A stretch of 64,000 nucleotides of DNA. Origin: Carcharhinus amblyrhynchos. Its lineage: Eukaryota. Shown one piece after another: positions 35,655 through 49,711 of the stretch (positions are counted from its first letter, which is position 1; the number at the start of each line of letters is the position of its first letter). The translations under genes and the position numbers were made by a program. Location of the stretch: assembly GCA_965287045.1 (NCBI GenBank), contig OZ336873.1:113398001-113462000 (forward strand). Direction: 5' to 3'. The notes beneath the pieces are model-generated. The model was not told where the DNA came from. It saw nothing but the letters and a program-made list of their open reading frames with translations, and searched no databases.

Positions 35655-37269
35655 CATAAGAACATAAGAACATAAGAAATAGGAGCAGGAGTAGGCCATC
35701 TAGCCCTTCGAGCCTGCCCCGCCATTCAATAAGATCATGGCTGATCTGTCGTGGCTCAGTTCCACTTTCCCGTCCTCTCCCCATAACCCTTAATCCCCTC
35801 GCTTATCAAAAACCCATCAACCCGCGTCTTAAAAATATTTAGCGAGGCAGCCTCCACCACTTCAACGGGCAGAGAATTCCAGAGATTCACCACCGTTTGA
35901 GTGAAGAAGTTCCTCCTCAACTCCGTTCTAAACCGCCCCCCCTTTATCTTGAGGCTGTGCCCCTTAGTCCTACTGTCCTTTCTGAGCGGGAAGAGTCTTT
36001 CCACCTCTATCTTATCCATCCCATTCATCATCTTATATGTCTCAATGAGATCTCCCCTCATTCTTCTAAACTCTAACAAGTACAAGCCTAGTTTATTCAG
36101 CCTCTCCTCATAGCTCAACCCCCTCAACTCCGGTATCAGCCTAGTAAACCTCCTCTGCACTCCCTCCAAGGCCAAAATATCCTTGCGTAAGTGCGGCGCC
36201 CAAAACTGCACACAGTACTCCAGCTGCGGCCTCACCAATGCCCTATACAGCTGCAGCAAGACCTCCCTATTTTTATATTCAATCCCCCTCGCTATGAAGG
36301 CCAGCATCCCATTTGCCTTCCTGACCACCTGCTGCACCTGCAGGCTGGGTTTATGCGATTCATGCACAAGGACCCCAAGGTCCCTCTGCACTGTCGCCTG
36401 CTGCAGTTTTTCGCCACATAAGTATTAGTCCTTCCTACCATTATTCCTACCGAAGTGGACCACCTCGCACTTGCCAACATTAAATTCCATTTGCCAGTTC
36501 TTGGCCCATTCGCCCAGCCTATCTAGATCCTTCTGCAGACTCTCCACACCCTCCGCGCAATTTGCCGTTCCACCAATCTTGGTGTCATCAGCAAATTTTG
36601 ACACCATACACTGGGTTCCCTCCTCCAGATCATCTATATAAATGGTAAATAGCTGAGGCCCCAGCACCGACCCCTGGGGCACTCCACTAGTCACCAACCA
36701 CCAATCCGAATAGCACCCATTGACCCCCACTCTCTGCCTCCTATTTGACAACCAATCCTCTATCCACGCTAACACCCTACCCCCAACTCCATACCCCCTG
36801 ACCTTCTGCAATAACCTCTTGTGAGGTACCTTGTCAAACGCCTTCTGAAAATCAAGAAAGACCACATCCACCGGCTCTCCTCTAACCACCGCCCTAGACA
36901 CATCCTCATAGAACTCCAATAAATTTGTCAGACACGACTTCCCCTTAACGAAACCGTGCTGCGTCTGCTCTATCAAGCAATTCCCCTCAAGATGCCTCGC
37001 TATTTCCTCCTTGATGACAGATTCTAACATTTTACCTACAACAGATGTTAAACTAACCGGCCTATAATTCCCTGCCTTTTGCCTGGCACCCTTCTTAAAC
37101 AACGGCGTAACATTAGCCGTTTTCCAATCTTCCGGCACTTCCCCGGAATCCAGCGACGTTTGGAAAATAACCACCAAGGCATCCACTATCACCTCCGCCA
37201 TTTCTTTCAGAACCCTTGGATGCATTCCATCCGGTCCTGGGGACTTGTCCATAATCAGTCCCTCCAGTA
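35655..37269 (-). mobile_element. CR1-clade LINE, 5'-truncated (young subfamily)
   Basis: 284-aa and 211-aa ORF2 pieces split by one stop, nearly identical to the 22.5-kb copy. Confidence 0.95.
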
Positions 37270-37969
37270 TGTCGAGCAAAAGTTACTGCTTGAGCTGCTG
37301 AGTATTTCTGGCTATTTTTTCTTATCTATTTGCTTTCCGACATTTTGCTTTTGTTTCAGAGGCAAGGCAATCTGGAGATGTGTAAAAGCTCCATAATGGG
37401 AAGAGTGCAGAGACCTCAAAGGGTTGCAGGGCTGGAGGAGGTTACAGAAATAGAAAGGTATGAGGCCGCAGAGGGACTTAGGAACAAAGACACACACCTC
37501 AAGTTGTGGCAAGCTGGAGCAAGAGCCAATGTAAGTCAGACAACACAGAAGTGCTGGGCAAATACAGGAAATTGAGCAATCAATATCTGTGCTTGTCTCC
37601 AGGAAAATATTTGCTGTTGAACAAGCTGAAGGACAAAGCAGATGTTGAAATATTTATCCTCTCCTGTTACACCATTCTGTGGAATAAATATGGTTCAGTG
37701 CAATCACTTGACCATAATAAATGAGACATTTTTACATTTTTAAAGTCACCCACAGAAGTTAAAACTGGAAGAAAAACTGCCATCATCCACAAAGAATCCT
37801 TTGGGAAACCACAATCATTTGCTAACATTGCAAAAAGAAGCTTCTGAAGCAGCGAGTTCAGTTTAAGAATGTCATAACCGTCTCTGCGCAAACTCAAAAA
37901 GCATGTTTTGCAGTGAGCTTTCAGACTCCACAGCCAAAGAGGCCTCGCACGATTTGTAGATTTTTCCAC

Positions 37970-38295
37970 AGATAGTCAGAAGCTTCTTCCCAGGGTGGAA
38001 GAGTCAATTACGAGGGGGCATAGGTTTAAGGTGCAAGGGGCAAGGTTTAAAGGAGATGTACGAGGCAAGTTTATTTACACAGAGGATGGTGGGTGCCTGG
38101 AGCTTGCTGCCTGGAGGAGGTACTGGAAGCAGCTACCATAGTGACTTTTAAGGGACGTCTGGACAAAAACATAAATAGGATGGGAATAGAGGGATATGGT
38201 CTTCCGAAGGGTAGGGGGTTTTTGTTCAGTTGGGTAGTAGGGTCAATGAAGGCTTGGAGGGCCAAACATTACATGCTGTAATGTTCTTTGTTCTT
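37970..38295 (+). mobile_element. CR1 LINE 3' tail fragment
   Basis: GGGGGCATAGGTTTAAGGTG...TTTACACAGAGGATGGTG and a GTTCTTTGTTCTT tail. Confidence 0.78.
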
Positions 38296-40117
38296 TTAAT
38301 TCTTGCTTGTAACAGTTAATGTTCAGTGATAGAGCAGTTGACTGACAGTAATTAAAACTTATCACATCATCAAAAGGATACTTTGACTGGAATAGACAAA
38401 GTTGAACTTCCTCTGTTGGTTTAGTTTTTATCTGCTGTGTAACTGCATACAAATTGCTACATCTGGGGCATCAACTATATAGGATTTTCACATTTAATCA
38501 GGCATCCGCTTGAAGTTGCTACAGCATTTGTGCATGAACACTGACACACACGTCATTAGCTTCAATGTTATTTTGCCACAACTGATGAGCCATTGAATCA
38601 TGTTTTCGGCGTATGAGTTATTCGTCATCATCACAATCAGTAATACATTAATGACGTCCAAGCCACAAGAGCAAAACCTGAGGTTTGATGAACATCAGGT
38701 AAACAATGAGAAATGTTATAGAAGCAAATTTGCTGGTTTCTGTTCTTTCATTAAAGAGACTTTTGAAATCATTCATTTTCAGTATATAAAGTGCTAAACC
38801 AGTTCACACAAAGGTTTGTGGAAATATGGAACTCTCTTCCCCCACCCCAAACAGAGTGGATGTTGAATTGAAATTCTCAAGACTGAGAAGGACAGATTCT
38901 GTTCGGTTTAGGACATCTTACCTTCCAAACTGCCTTGCCAATGCCAAGGCTGGTGAGTACATTCTTCCAGTGCATCTTCAGCACTGCAGGTTCTAGTCGA
39001 TTGCAAAGCAATTGCTAAATAGGTGGGTTACACTCTGCAGTTAATTGTTGGATTATTTTTGCAGCCTGTATTTAAAAGTTTAATCCAATGCACTAACAAG
39101 TATATTGATATTTTGATTACCTGGTAAGTAGGCCAGGTGAGACATGGAAAGGTATAATTGAGATGGTAAAACCTGATAACTGCATTAGCTTGACAGTTCT
39201 AGAATGGTTTGTTTTGCATTGGAAGTGCAACTTGATTATGATCAGTTTGATTGTTATCAAAACACTGCATTCTTTCCATGAAGCTGTTATTTATTGCTTA
39301 AGTTTTGAAAGCTTTGGCACATTATGTAGAACATTTCTCTTCATCATATACTTTTATGTGCATCGCAAGTTCTTTTCTGGTCAATTTAACCCTGCCTTTT
39401 TTACTTCAAATAAAGTAAGAGCACTATCTGCCAATGTTGTGAATTCATCATTTAACAACTTCATATGTATACTTTTTTACAACCTCCTCTCTTTATATAA
39501 TCTGAAAGCAAACTGCGAGAGCTTAGCCTGAAGAAGGAAAGCTGAGCAGTATAGCTATTTGGCACTTAAGCTCTATAGGGAAATATGGAGAATTAATTTG
39601 AGCTGAATGTGTGTAAACATTTAATTGGACTCAGTGCACCAGATAATTGCAACTAATTACCCAAGTGCTAATTGAATATCTCTTATCACTTATGGTACTC
39701 TTTAATCTTCTGATGTTTTACTTCCCCAATTGATATCACAAATATTTTTGCTGACACCGTGCAGAAATAGGAACACTTTGTAACAGATTAATTATAGTTG
39801 TGTCCAATTATATCCTTAATGTCTTACCAGAGACACATATCTTAAATTGATGCTGTTCCTGGAACAGGAGCCAATTCTGAGAATTCTTGATTCTTGCACA
39901 TCCTCAACTTTCTGCTCTGGCGACTATCACTTACATCACTTTTGCTCCCTTCCCTGAACCTTTCCACTCCTCTGCATCTCTCTGTCTTTGATTTTGTGTC
40001 ATCTTTTCTTCTCAAGTGCACTTCTGGGAATTGCTTTGATGCATTTTATTACTTGAATAATGCTGTATGAGTGCAAGCTGTTGTTGATATGAAAGATGTT
40101 GTAATACCTCTTCAATT

Positions 40118-40725
40118 GAAGATAAGAGTAGGAATGCACTTCTGAGGCTGTATAAGGCTCTGGTCAGACTCCATTTGGAGCATTGCAAGCAATTTTGAGC
40201 CCCATATCTAAGGAAGGATGTGCTGGGCTTGGAAAGGGTCCCGAGGAGGTTCACAAGAATGATTCCTGGAATGCAGAGCTTGTCATATGAGGAACGGTTG
40301 AGGACTCTGGGTCTGTACTCATTGGAGTTTAGAAGGATGAGGGGGGGATTTTGTTGAAACTTACAGGATACTGCGGGGCCCGGATAGAGTGGATGTGGAG
40401 AGGATATTTCCATAGTAGGAAAAACTAGAACCAGAGGGCACAACATCAGACTAAAGGGACAATCCTTTAACACAGAGATGAGGAGGAATTTCTTCAGCCA
40501 GCGAGTGGTGAATCTGTGGAACTTATTGCCACAGAAGCCTGTGGAGGCCAGGCCATTGAGTGTCTTTAAGACAGAGATAGATAGGTTATTGATTAATAAG
40601 GGATTAGGTGATGTGGGGAAAAGCATGAGAATGGGGATGAGAAAAATATCAGCCATGATTGAATGGCGGAGCAGACTCAATGGGTCGAGAGGCCTAATTC
40701 TGCTCTTACGTCTTATGGTCTTCTG
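40118..40725 (+). mobile_element. CR1 LINE 3' end, decayed
   Basis: MRRNFFSQRVVNLWNLLP and a TCTTATGGTCTT tail. Confidence 0.85.
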
Positions 40726-41480
40726 ATGATCTTCTGAGAAGGAAGGTCACATTCCGTGCTGTATCAAGTAGGGATGGATTAAAATTTTGAGAGGAGTTCC
40801 ATACCATTTGTTTCTTTTAAGAATGGGCCATTAATTGGAAGAAAACATCATCTTACAAACCTGTGCACAAGTTATTTATCTCTTACTATGTTGAACACCA
40901 TGACAGTGAGGCCCAAAATGAATCAATTGTTCTTCCCGAGTCCACCATAAATTTGTATATAACTATTTGGTGTTTCCGGCTAAAATTGCAGCAGGAACAT
41001 CCATTTTATTTCCATATTGTTTTGAACGGTTTTTGTAGTCAGAGGCAAGAAAATGGCCTTTCTTTCTATTTCTTATGGCACAATTCCAAATATAATAGTT
41101 GATTTCAGGACATCAATTTGTAAGGTAAATACAGAAGTTTTAAACAAAATTCAGTTCCACCATTTTGGTCGCCCAATCAGTTAGATCATATCTATCTGTA
41201 AAAGAATTTGATTTACCCACTTTGTCTCCATAACTCTTGTAACCCTTACCAAATAAAAATCACTCTGAAAAGCTGAAGCATTGCACCCAATTCCAAAGAA
41301 AGGCCACTGTCTCACTGCTGTTCAGCTGTGAATTCATGAATACAAGTAAGATTAAATCATATCTGGCCACCATTCACCAGGAATCCTTTGGGAAACTTCA
41401 CAAACATTTTGCTAAGACTGCAAAAGGAAGTTTCCGAAGCAACAAGTTCCATTTAAGAGGGTCGTTATCCCGTGCTACTG

Positions 41481-41880
41481 GGGTAGCATGGTAGCGCAGT
41501 GGTTAGCACTACTGCTTCACATCTCTAGGGACCTGGGTTCGATTCCTGGCTTGGGTCACTGGCTGTGTGGAGTTTGATGTAGAGATGCCGATGTTGAACT
41601 GGGGTAAACACAGTAAGAAGTCGCCCACCAAGTTAGACTCTAACCTGTTGTTGTGAGACTCCTTACTGCGTGGAGTTTGCACACTCTCCTTGCGTCTGTG
41701 TGGGTCTCCTCCAGGTGCTCCGGTTTCCTCCCACAGTCCAAAGGTGATTGGCCATGGTAAAATTGCCCCTTAGTGTGCTGAGATGCGTAGATTAGTGGGT
41801 GGGATATGGGAGTGGGGCCTGGTTGGTGCAGACTCGATGGACCAAGTGGGGTCTTTCTGCGCTGTAGGGTTTCTATGATT
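41481..41880 (+). mobile_element. V-SINE with a Penelope-like fragment nested at ~41577-41668
   Basis: The core is interrupted at GTGGAGTTTG, which appears on both sides of the insert. Confidence 0.8.
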
Positions 41881-42005
41881 CATCTCTGGGTGAATGCAAA
41901 GAGCATCTTTTGCAGTGAACTTTCAGACTCCACAGCCAAAGAGGCCTCATGCGATTTGTAGAACCTTTGATTCGACCTACTGCAATCATAAAAATATTTG
42001 AGGAA

Positions 42006-45000
42006 TGTAATAATCTTCCCAAGGCCAGTCTTGCAATCACCCTTTATTCACAATGTGGTCAGAATGCCATTCAGCAGCTACAGAGTGCAGCTCAACCCCG
42101 AGTCTTTCCACTGCCAGCCCGAGTGGAGCGAGCTGGTTTCAAACTCCCTGCTGCTCCTGTCACGAGCTAATATTCTATAAGGCCCACCGGGAGATCTATT
42201 GACAATCCACCATGGCCATCACACCATCCCTCCCCCCCTCAAATCTGTTTCCTCCCCCGTCTCTTCCTGACATGGGGGTGGGAGTGGGGTGGGGTCGGGC
42301 AGTGGGGGGGCTTTTCTGTTATTTAGGGATTGGCCTGGGATTGATTGGAGGCAGAGGGTGTGAAGTGGATCAGTGACCTTCCTTTCCTAAAGAAATGTCA
42401 TAAAGCCACCAGCTCTGTCTCTTCTTGAGATCTCGCTTCAGTGGGAGAGCCAGTCTCTCCTGCCTCCATCTCGGAAACCGCATCCTCAACACTCTGAGGG
42501 ACTGGCATGGGGTCGACTTCCGGTTATGCCTTGATACCATGGCTGATGATGAGACCTGTACTGGCAGGGTCTCCCTATTCCTGAGATGGTCCAAGTGCTT
42601 CCTGGCAATTTGCTCTACACTTGGACCTTATAAGACACAAGCCCTGTTTTGTTCATTATGATTCTGGGGAACCAGCTGAGGGTGTCCCGAAGTTCCTCAC
42701 GTGGACTGGGTGGCCAGCTTTGAAAGTTTGGTCTGTCTCTATAGCATCATGATTCTTCTTCTGGGTTTCTTGTTCGGATTCCAACATCTCTGCCAGATTT
42801 GGGAACTGTAGTCTTAATCTCGTCTGAAGCCTTTGTCCCATTAGCCATTCACACAGTCTCTACTTTCCTCTACTTTCTCAGAAGACTAAGGAAATTTGAC
42901 ATGTCAGCTACAACTCTCACCAACTGTTACAGATGCACCACAAAAAGCATTCTTTCTGGTTGTATCACAGCTTGGTATGGCTCCTGCTCTGCCCAAGACC
43001 GCAAGAAACTACAAAAGGCCATGAATGTAGCTCAATCCATCACACAAACTGGCCTCCCATCCATTGATCTATCTTCTCTCCCCATTGCCTCAGCAAAACA
43101 GCCAGCATAATTAAGGACCCCATGCACTTTGGACATTCTCTCTTCCACCCTCTTCCATCAGGAAAAAGATACAAAAGTCTGAAGTCACGTACCAACAAAT
43201 TCAAGAACAGCTTCTTCCCTACTGCCATAGACTTTTGAACGGACCTACCTTGCACTAAGTTGATCTTTCTCTATACCCTAGCTATGACTGTAACACTACA
43301 TTCTGCACTATCTCATTTCCTTCTCTAAAAACGGTATGCTCTGTCTGAGTAGCGCGCAAGAAACAATACTTTTCACTGTATGCTAATACATTTGACAATA
43401 ATAAATTAAATCAAATCAGTCGCTTAGTGAGAAGCAGTCTTGTAGTCAAATAAAAATCGTGTCAGTTTGATCTCTATGGATGCTGCAGGTTGCTTCTATA
43501 TGCCGAGTAAAGAAGTCTATACCACTGTTCAGCCAACCCATTTGGTGACAGGTGATGGGTGCTGTCCTAACGTTTTGATTCCATTGGAAAGCATGAAGGT
43601 CTGAAACTCAGTGCTTGTAATGGCAGTGCAATTGAGAGAAACCAGAGCTTCAGGTATCCAATGTGTGCAGTAGCTTTGTTGTAGTTTCTCAATGGTAGCA
43701 TAGAAAGTGCTGGAGTGCATGTGATGTACCTGCAACCATTTGGAATGTACATCGACCATAATAAAGAACATGGAGCCTGTACAATGCCCGGCAAAGTTCA
43801 CATGCACTGACACCAAGGGCTATCAGGCCACTCCCTTGCATGTAGGGAGGCTGGAGGGTGGGGAGGGAAGTTTTTGATTCTCTTGTCATCGCTCACACTG
43901 TCCGACCAAGTCAGTAATGTCTACATCAAGGTCAGGCCACCATTTGTAGCTCCTGGGTTAGCATTTTCATCCTTGAAATCCCAGGGCGGCTATGGCGTAA
44001 TCCATAAGTGTCAGACGTCACCCTGGGTGAGGAACAACTACTTGGGAACTCCAGAGCATAATGCTATCCTCAACACAGAGCTCACCTTTCTTCATCCAGC
44101 AGTGTTTAATTTCATCTGAGCATTGTCCTCTGAATCCTCATGTTATAGTATGCTTTTTAATTCAAACGGAACTGGATCCTTTTGTGTCCAGACCTTGAGT
44201 TACGTTGGCAAGATGTCCAAAATATTGGGGATCATCACAAAGTGAAGCTAGGCTAATGGGCAGACGACTCAGTGCATCAGTAATAGCTATCCAGGTGCCG
44301 GGGCGGTACTCCGGGAGATATTCATTAGTAATGTGGTATCCAGGTGAAGGCAATGGCGGATATTGCCTTGTCTTCTTTAAAAAGTCCCAGTTTGTGATCA
44401 GTTACTATAATGGAGCATCTACTATAGACATATTGACAGAATTTTTTAATGCCAAAGACAACTGCCAAACCCTCTTTCTTGATCTGGGAATACCTCTGCT
44501 CAGCGTCCGAGAGGGTGCTAGATGCAGACGTAGTAGGCTTCTTTATCCCATCATCCAGCGATATGCAGTACCAGCCTAACTCTGTAAGGGGAGACATTGC
44601 TTCTCAAGATAAGATCCTTTTTTTGGGGGTCAAAATGGGCCAATGAATTAGAGGACAAAAGTTGCTGTTTAACATTATTGAAAGCCTCCAGCTGCAGCGC
44701 ACCCCCCCTCCCCCCCACACACAAGGCCACCTTTGATATATCTATAGTGTGTCATGAAGGGGGCCAGCAAAGAAGCTAAATTAGGAATAAACTTCATGTA
44801 ATAGCTCACTACCCCCAGGATGGAATTCAATTCCGTAGGGCTCCTTGGAGTTGATGCCTCCTTAGGGGCCCTCACTTTTCCCTCCTCCAGATGAAGGCCC
44901 TTGCCATTCTCCTGATAGCCCAAATACATCACAGCAGTTGCTAGGAAGACATATCTTTCCCTTTTTAGGTTACCCTAACCTCTGGAATTCTTTGCTAGGT

Positions 45001-47074
45001 ATTTGCATTCCGAAGTTCCTGTGATCATGATATCGCCCAGGTACACCGTTACCAGAGGTAACCCTCAGAGTATGTTCTCCATTGAAACCTAGCACGTGCC
45101 AACAAGACTCCAGAGGGTAGGTGGGTGTACTCATATAGGCCTCTGTGCATATTAATTGTCATGTACTTACAGGAAGGCTTGTTCAATTCAAGTTGGAGAT
45201 ATGCACGTCCAAAAATGTTTGGCTCCCTGCTAACCTGGTCTACATGTCTTCAATCCAGGGCATGGGGTATCTGTCAAGCTTAGAAACCCTACTGACTGTA
45301 ATCATGTAGTCTCCACAAAGTCAGATTGATTTATTTGGCTTAAGGACAAAAACAACAGATGTGGCCCTCACAGTGAACTCTGCAGGTCTTATTATGTCTA
45401 GCTTTTCCAGGCATTCTGGTTCTGAATCTACTTTCTCCAATAGGGAGTATGGAGCTTGTCTCATTCTAAGATATTATTTGTAGCATTGGGATCAACTAAG
45501 AATTTAGAGTTGGCTCCCCTTATTTTTCCAAACAGTTCTTAGAAAACCTCAGAACACTTATTGATGACTTTATACAGTCCTCCAGTTCCCAGCCTGAAGA
45601 TATTCAGCCACTTCAGTCTGAAGGGCTGGAGCTAATCTCTCCCCATAAGGCTAGATCCTTGTCCCAGACAATGATGAATGGAAATTAAGTAGACTCCTGC
45701 CTGTAAGTCACTAGGGTTGCCAAACTGTCTTTTATCTGCAATGATTTCCCAGTGTTGGTGGTCAGCCTGGCCTTTGTGCTTTCTCAGTTCAGGAGTGAAA
45801 TGCCAGCCCGGAGGTGATTATAATTCTTCTCTCTGGTAACTGAGGCCACAGCCCCTGTATCCACTTCCATTTTTAATGGGTGGCCATTTACTAACAATTC
45901 CACCATTATGAGGGTAACCTTTGTCATAAAGATGTGATTTAACTGCATTGTCCCTGTTCTTGCTTGTACTTGCAAGGTACGGTCTGGTATTGGTCTTGGC
46001 ATTTTTTCAATATAGCATGTGTTTTGACCATCCCTATGGTCCACTGTCCGGCATCTATAAACTTCTGGAATATGATCCCCCGGATTCTGAATTCCTAACT
46101 TATCTTGACTGCCTGGTAATGTGACTCAGGTTCTACAGTAATAAGGGATTCTGAGGTGTTCTACCAAAACCCTTGCTCCCAGTTGAGGGATTGACATTGC
46201 ACGAGGCACTACTTGGAGGACACTGCTATATGATGTCTCCTGTAGATCCTCAGCTCCTTTCTCTGCATTCTCCAATGATAGAGCTATCTCAATGGCCTTC
46301 TTTAGGCCCAAATAGAGTTCTGCCAATAATTTATTTTAGACTGTCACATTGTTAATTACACAGACCAGTTTATCATGTAACATGTCATTCAGGGATAGCC
46401 CAAATTCACAGTACTCTGCCAATTTTCACAGCCTGATCAGAAATTCAGTGATGGACTCCCCAGGGCTGAGTGAAAGAAGTATCGTTCGAGAATTATGGAA
46501 GATTTTGTGTCATTATATCTTTTAACCAAGTCCACCAATTTATGAAAGGTTTTGGAGTTGGGGCATCAGGGTAGGTTAGGCTTTTTTAATACTGAAGGTT
46601 ATGACTCTGCATGGTGTCAACAGATTCACTTTCTGCTTCTTGTCCCCCTCAATATTGTTAGCCCAAAAGAAGTAGCACATGCACTCTGCGAATTGGGCCA
46701 AGCCTTCTTTGCTCTCATTGTAGGCTTCAGAGTTACCAAAACGAGACATTTTTCTTACTGGAGTGTTACTTGTCTCCTCAGTAAAGATGGTTCAGAGGGA
46801 AGAAAAAACTCACCTTGCTCCTCATCGCCAGTGCAATAATCTTCAGCCTTCCATCACCCATTATATACAATGAGTTCTGAACACCTTTCAATGGCTACAG
46901 AATGCAAATCAGCCCTGAGTTTATCGCCTGCTGGCCTGAGCAGAGCCAGCTGGTTTTACACTGCTCCTTCCCTATCAACCAAGCCTCCACTTGCCTAATA
47001 GATGAGCTCATATTCAACAAGGCTCATGGGGAGATAAATTGACGATTCCCCCCACCCCCCCCGCCATCCTAACA
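42006..47074 (-). mobile_element. Decayed full-length Gypsy/Ty3 LTR retrotransposon
   Basis: Fragments in PR-RT-RH-IN order: gag (LKKAIEIALSLENAEK), protease (MEVDTGA), RT, RNase H (AEQRYSQIKKEGLAVVFGIKKF) and integrase (VHVNFAG..VDVHSKW). Homologous LTRs at ~42006-42226 and ~46832-47074, PBS TGGCGATGAGGA (tRNA-Ser-like) at 46819-46830, PPT at ~42227-42240. Confidence 0.88.
42851..43417 (+). mobile_element. Rex1/Babar-clade LINE 3' fragment nested in the Gypsy integrase region
   Basis: LYFLRRLRKFDMSATTLTNCYRCTTKSILSGCITAWYGSCSAQDRKKLQ and an AATAAA-(AAATC)n tail. Confidence 0.8.
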
Positions 47075-48227
47075 GGGAGGCAGAGGCAAATAGACATGCA
47101 GCTTAGTCCCTCCCAAAGAAGAAAGAAGAATTCAGGCAATTGCTGCTGAACAGGAATCCGTACTTGGGGAGCGTCAGGCCTGATATTGCTGTTCAAACGG
47201 ATGTGAGCACAGGGGGTAGTGATGGAACACACATGACTTTCAAAAGCTACATATGGATGAATAGCATTATTGAAGAGGTTCTGTTCTGTCTCCTGCTATT
47301 TGACCACAGAAATATTTAATGTAACAAGGGTACATTGAGTACAGAAATATTTCCAGGATCACATTGTTGGATTTTGTACTGACTACTGTAAACCACAAGT
47401 CAGCGGAAGAGGATTGCTTTGTCTGCTGTTCTGACTCACTTCATGATTCATAGGCAAATATCAACAGTGAAAGAACTGAGGACAGAGGTGAAGTATTGCA
47501 GTGAATCATGTCAATTGTTATTTTTAACATTATGGCTGGGAATCTCCCAAAAAAATTCGAAGTTCCCAACATGCGGAAAACGGGAGTAATTTCTGCTGTT
47601 TCTTATAGCGTACTTACTACAGTCCCACTGATAACTGACCAGTTCAGCCACCTGGAAAAGCTTTTTATATTCTTCTTCCTAGTCCAAAAAGAGGTGTTGG
47701 TTAGGTGCATTGGCCAAGCTAAATTCTCCCTCAGTGTTACCTGAACAGGCACCAGAGTGTGGTGACTAGGGGATTTTCACAGCAACTTCATTATAATGTT
47801 AATGTAAGCCTTACTTGTGACTAATAAATAAATAAACTTTAAAGTTGGATGGGACAAAGTTCAAGTGGGTCCAAAACTCTTTTCAATGCCAACCTGACAG
47901 GGAGAGCCCAGAACCAGGTCACAATCTAAGGATACGGAGTAAACTATTTGGGACAGCGATGAGGAGAAGTTTCTTCACCCAGAGAGTGGTGAGCCCATGG
48001 AATTCTCTACCACAAAAAGCAGCTGAGGCCAAAAAACTGCATGTTTTGAAGAAAGAGTTAGATATAGCTCTTGGGGCTAAAGGGATAAAGAATATGGGGG
48101 GAATATCAGGATAAAGATACAAAAGTCTGAGGATACTACCAACCAACTCAAGAACAGCTTCTTCCCTGCTGCCATCAGAATTTTGAATGAACCTATCTCT
48201 CATTAATCTATGAACGCTATGCTTTTT

Positions 48228-49056
48228 AAGAACATAAGAACATAAGAAATAGGAGCAGGAGTAGGCCATCTGGCCCTTCGAGCCTGCCCCGCCATTCAAT
48301 AAGATCATGGCTGATCTGTCGTGGCTCAGTTCCACTTTCCCGCCCTCTCCCCATAACCCTTAATCCCCTCTCTTATCAAAAACCCATCAACCCGCTTCTT
48401 AAAAATATTTAGCGAGGCAGCCTCCACCACTTCAACGGGCAGAGAATTCCAGATATTCACCACCCTTTGAGTGAAGAAGTTCCTCCTCAACTCCGTTCTA
48501 AACCGCCCCCCCTTTATCTTGAGGCTGTGCCCCCTAGTCCTACTGTCTTTTTTGAGCGGGAAGAGTCTCTCCACCTCTATCCTATCCATCCCATTCATCA
48601 TCTTATACGTCTCAATAAGATCTCCCCTCATTCTTCTAAACTCTAACGAGTACAAGCCTAGTTTATTCAGCCTCTCCTCATAGCTCAACCCCCTCAACTC
48701 CGGTATCAGCCTAGTAAACCTCCTCTGCACTCCCTCCAAGGCCAAAATATCCTTGCGCAGGTGCGGCGCCCAAAACTGCACACAGTACTCCAGCTGCGGC
48801 CTCACCAATGCCCTATACAGCTGCAGCAAGACCTCCCTACTTTTATATTCAATCCCCCTCGCTATGAAGGCCAGCATCCCATTCGCCTTCCTGACCACCT
48901 GCTGCACCTGCAGGCTGGGTTTTTGCGACTCATGCACAAGGACCCCGAGGTCCCTCTGCACCGTCGCCTGCTGCAGTTTTTCGCCACGTAAGTAATAGTC
49001 CTTCCTACCATTCTTCCTACCAAAGTGGACCACCTCACACTTGCCAACATTAAATT
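48228..49056 (-). mobile_element. CR1 LINE 3' end (young subfamily) inserted in a Rex1/Babar tail (~48110-48227 and ~49057-49131)
   Basis: 254-aa ORF matches the other young copies, and the flanks join into the Rex1 3' end seen at 43165-43417. Confidence 0.92.
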
Positions 49057-49711
49057 TTCTGTACAGCGAGCAAGAAACTATACTTTTCACCGTACACTAA
49101 TACATTTGACGATAATAAATGAAATCAAATCATCCTATTTTCTTTGTCTTCAGCTCTGATGGTCATCCAGACTTAAAACTCTATTCTCTCTCCACAGATG
49201 CTGTCAGACTGTCTCAGGTTTTCCAGTGTTTACTGTTATCATCAGTATAACTCTGGGACAATTGGGAAAAAGACTTCTCCAAACTTAACAAATGTGACAC
49301 ATTACGGAAAGCTGACAAGTACCAGTTAACGGCAGCCGGATGGTTATACTGTGCATATGCCAAGCTCCAACTGCATGCTGTTATAACCACATCTGCAATG
49401 CACATCATGCTCAAACTGCTTTTATGGGATACCAGCATGGCTGGCTAGACCACCATATATTGCCCACACCTAGTTGTCCTTGCAAAAGTGGTGGTGAGCT
49501 GCCTTCTTGAACGGCTGCAGTCCCCGAGGTGTAGGTACACCCACAGTGCTGTTAAGGAGGGGGTTACATAATTTTAACCCAGCAACAGTGAAGCAATAGC
49601 GGTGTATTTCAAGTCAGAATGGTGAGTGGCTTGGAGGGGAACTTCCAGGTGATAGTATTCCAAGGTGTCTGCTGCTCTTATCCTAGATGGCAGTGGTCAT
49701 GGGTTTGAAAG

